From assembly GCF_964355755.1 (NCBI RefSeq), contig NC_092673.1, positions 1,984,001 to 2,048,000 of the forward strand: 64,000 nt of DNA. The letters run 5' to 3'. Each line of letters starts with the position of its first letter. Position 1 is the first letter of the stretch. This DNA comes from Antedon mediterranea (Eukaryota; Animalia; Echinodermata). Below the pieces are notes generated by a model. That model saw only the letters and a list, made by a program, of their open reading frames with translations, searched no databases and was not told where the DNA came from. Below, piece by piece: positions 61,168 to 64,000 of the stretch. Made by a program: the position numbers and the translations under genes.

Positions 61168-62950
61168 GTTTGTAATTATTCAATTTTTAAAAAAAATTGT
61201 TTTTTCATTTATTACTATTCTAAATTACTCTGGTGCGATATTTCTTTCTGGAAATATAATATAAAAAAGTTCTTTAATAAATGACATAACAGGTGCATTT
61301 TCTGGGTGAAATGAAGGGCATGTTTGTTGTGTATTATATATATTTATTTTTTTCTTCTGAATCTTTCATATTTGCATTGTGTTCCACAATATAGTGCCAT
61401 TTACAAAGAAATTCAAACGATCCCGTATATTTTGTAATATTTTACTACAGAAAGCATGAGGTAGAGCAATATAATAATAATAATAATAATAATAATAAAA
61501 TATGCTTTATTTAAACACGAAAACTTGGCTCAACTAGCAGTTGTTTTTCTGCAAGGTTGTGTATATATAAACAAAAAGTTTACAAACAAAAATCTTAACT
61601 ACAATACATTATACTGAAATATAAATACTAATGAACAATCTTAACTACTGTTTTTGATGTTCATTTATGCTTTAAAATAACTACTGAATAGATTAAAAAT
61701 AAAATACAAATAAAATTATAAGTATTTGTTAAAAATGTATTGCAATGAAAGTCAAAAGAAAATATAGATACGGAATTACTGAAGCACAGAGATCGTTAGG
61801 CTTAATATAATATACTTTGATACGTTGTTTTTGTATTTCAAAGGTAATATTTAATTATTTTTTTTAACGCTGCTGCTCTAGCCCGCTACGTCCCATTAGG
61901 ACTACTCAATCAGAAGCTAAAGCAAGCAGCAGTTTTAGTTCTAAGGACGACAGTTTTGCGAAAATGGAAACTCCACTATAATTTATAGATTCCAGCAGCT
62001 ACTGTAGACCCAAAAAAGTCTGGGAAAAGAGTCTATTAGGACATGTCATGCTAAAATTACAAATCCCAAAGCATTTTTGGTATATTCACTGTCAGATATT
62101 CATTGAATTATTATCGAAACAGTCCATTAAAGTTTGTGTTTGTAATAGGATACTTCACACTTGAAATATCTAGGGTGATGAAGTGACCCCCAGACTTGAC
62201 AACAATCAAATTAACTAAAGTGACTAAAATTGAGTATTCACTTCTGTAACAAAAAAATAATATTTATTCACATATAAAAAGAGAAAAGAAACCCCAAAAC
62301 CATTGTCTGACAGACAATTTAAGTATTTGTTGCTTTAAATTACAATTTTTTTTCAGGTAAAATAACTATTATGTGACAATAAAATGACACATTCAAAAAC
62401 ATTTGAACTAAAAAATATTTTTCAATAAGCGAGCAGCGTTTTTTGTAAGAAATATTTCTTGTTAATATACAGTATATACCATTAAGCATATATTATTCCT
62501 TAGTGTAAGTCTTAATGTGAATTATATTTGTCCATTAACCCATTTTATGATTTTGGGTACATGATAAATTGATACATATACTCATGCATTAACAACTTGA
62601 TAGCTTTTTCTTTTTATCATTTAAACATGACTATACATGGGTGTATAATTACCTTACTTTCTGTTTGTCGTCATCGGTTACCAGTGTTTCATGATTACCG
62701 CTTTAATGTTTACATTAAAATATCATACTTGGTGTAACATGATGAATGTTTTCCTGTGTTTTAGTAGAGCTAATTTTAGTACAGTACATGCCTAACGATT
62801 CACTTTCAAAATAATTTAAAGAATAAAGATGCAGTAAACCGTTGTAATGTTTGTTTGAAGTTTATACATGCTAGTTTATATTTGTAATAACAAATACATT
62901 AATCAATAAAATGAGATTGGAAACAATTTTATTTTGTTGATGTTTATTTA

Positions 62951-63551
62951 CGAGGGTGATCCATTCAGTTTAAACTTTGAGTAAATATTGCAAAACTTAG
63001 AATTTCAAAACAAACATTAAAACTTTAAATTTGTAACTATAGAAAGAAGAGTTCCATAGTTTTTTATTGCTAGAGACAAGGTTGTTTGATTTACATGGTA
63101 ATGATAGAGTGAGAGAACATAGAAAATTCAATCGTGAAAAAATGTTCCTATTTTACACCTTTTATTATTAATAATATGTTGTTCTGATCGCACTTACAGT
63201 AATGCTTAAAGCCTTTAAGCGCTTTACATTATTACCCCCGGTCATTAAAGCTAGTAATCAGTGCAGTTGTGTTTTGACCTTACTAGGTACCCATTTGTAC
63301 ACCTGGGTGGCGAAAGACAAACATAAGTGTCTTGCCTAAGAACACAAGCAATGGAACGCCCATTATACCGATCACAAGTTCTGCGCGTCATGCTCTCACT
63401 CTATCATTACCATGTAAATCAAACAACCTTGTCTCTAGCAATAAAAAACTATGGAACACGTCTTTCTATCGTTACAAATTTAAAGTTTTAACGTTTGTTT
63501 TGAAATTCTTACATTCATACGTTTTGCAATATTTACTCAAAGTTTAAATTG
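62951..63551. mobile_element. Mariner-like long inverted-repeat element with a SINE fragment in the loop
   Basis: Left end TA-CGAGGGTGATCC; arms of about 155 bp at 62966-63121 and 63388-63551; a CORE-SINE-like minus-strand fragment at about 63215-63390, related to 33740-33840. Confidence 0.65.
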
Positions 63552-64000
63552 TGTAATGCAAAGGTTTTCATATTTAAGTTAACATAATGTACATATAAAT
63601 ACAAAACATGAATCAATCAAATAGGTGAACAATTTGAATACTTAAGCTTGATCTCTGGCACAAATAATTATTCATTTATGCATTAAATTGTTCCTCTGTG
63701 TGGGCCCTTGATTGTATACACTTTATAGCATTCGTTATGTTGATATAATTTACTGTAGTATGCTTTGTGTTAATTATACTAAACAAAATGTAATTGGTTG
63801 GATGAAGTTTATACGTCAAACAAGTATTAACCAAGCTTAGGGATATGTCTGAAACTTGTACTTATGTTATGAAAGATGACAATTGGTCAGAAAGGATTTA
63901 CTTTGATTTGATAGATTATTTTGTTTGTGTGAAATTTTTATACAGATGTAATGTCCCCAAATCATGCTATTTTCATGCTTGTATCGCCTACTATTTGCAT

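Noticed and set aside
61168-64000. KCTD9 pentapeptide-repeat exons
   Set aside because: No GLNFxGADL-like exon found; presumably beyond the window end.

Overview
AT-rich, intron-dense eukaryotic DNA from an invertebrate animal; a Deu/Nin-type SINE and vertebrate-like KCTD9 exon boundaries suggest a marine invertebrate, possibly a deuterostome (inference). No prokaryotic systems or CRISPR arrays. Exons were assembled by hand from GT-AG sites and reading phase. Left to right: (1) the 3' part of a BLNK/SLP-76-family SH2 adaptor (+) with six YxxP motifs, each on its own small exon, two of them a recent duplication; (2) EVC (-) and (3) EVC2/limbin (+) head-to-head around a short shared promoter with X-box-like and forkhead motifs; (4) a triply nested non-autonomous DNA transposon cluster at 40.3-42.4 kb; (5) two tandem arylamine N-acetyltransferase genes (-), one with a +1 frameshift; (6) the first seven coding exons of KCTD9 (+). 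Top finding: KCTD9 intron 4 holds a two-exon Harbinger-type Myb/SANT module whose splice acceptor is in phase with KCTD9 exon 4, predicting a chimeric KHA-Myb/SANT isoform. Other findings: 23-27 bp hairpins with 7-bp duplications resembling P-element excision footprints, DUF11-like repeats in the EVC2 ectodomain, and candidate microexons in EVC and EVC2. Family assignments come from motif recall, not database searches.
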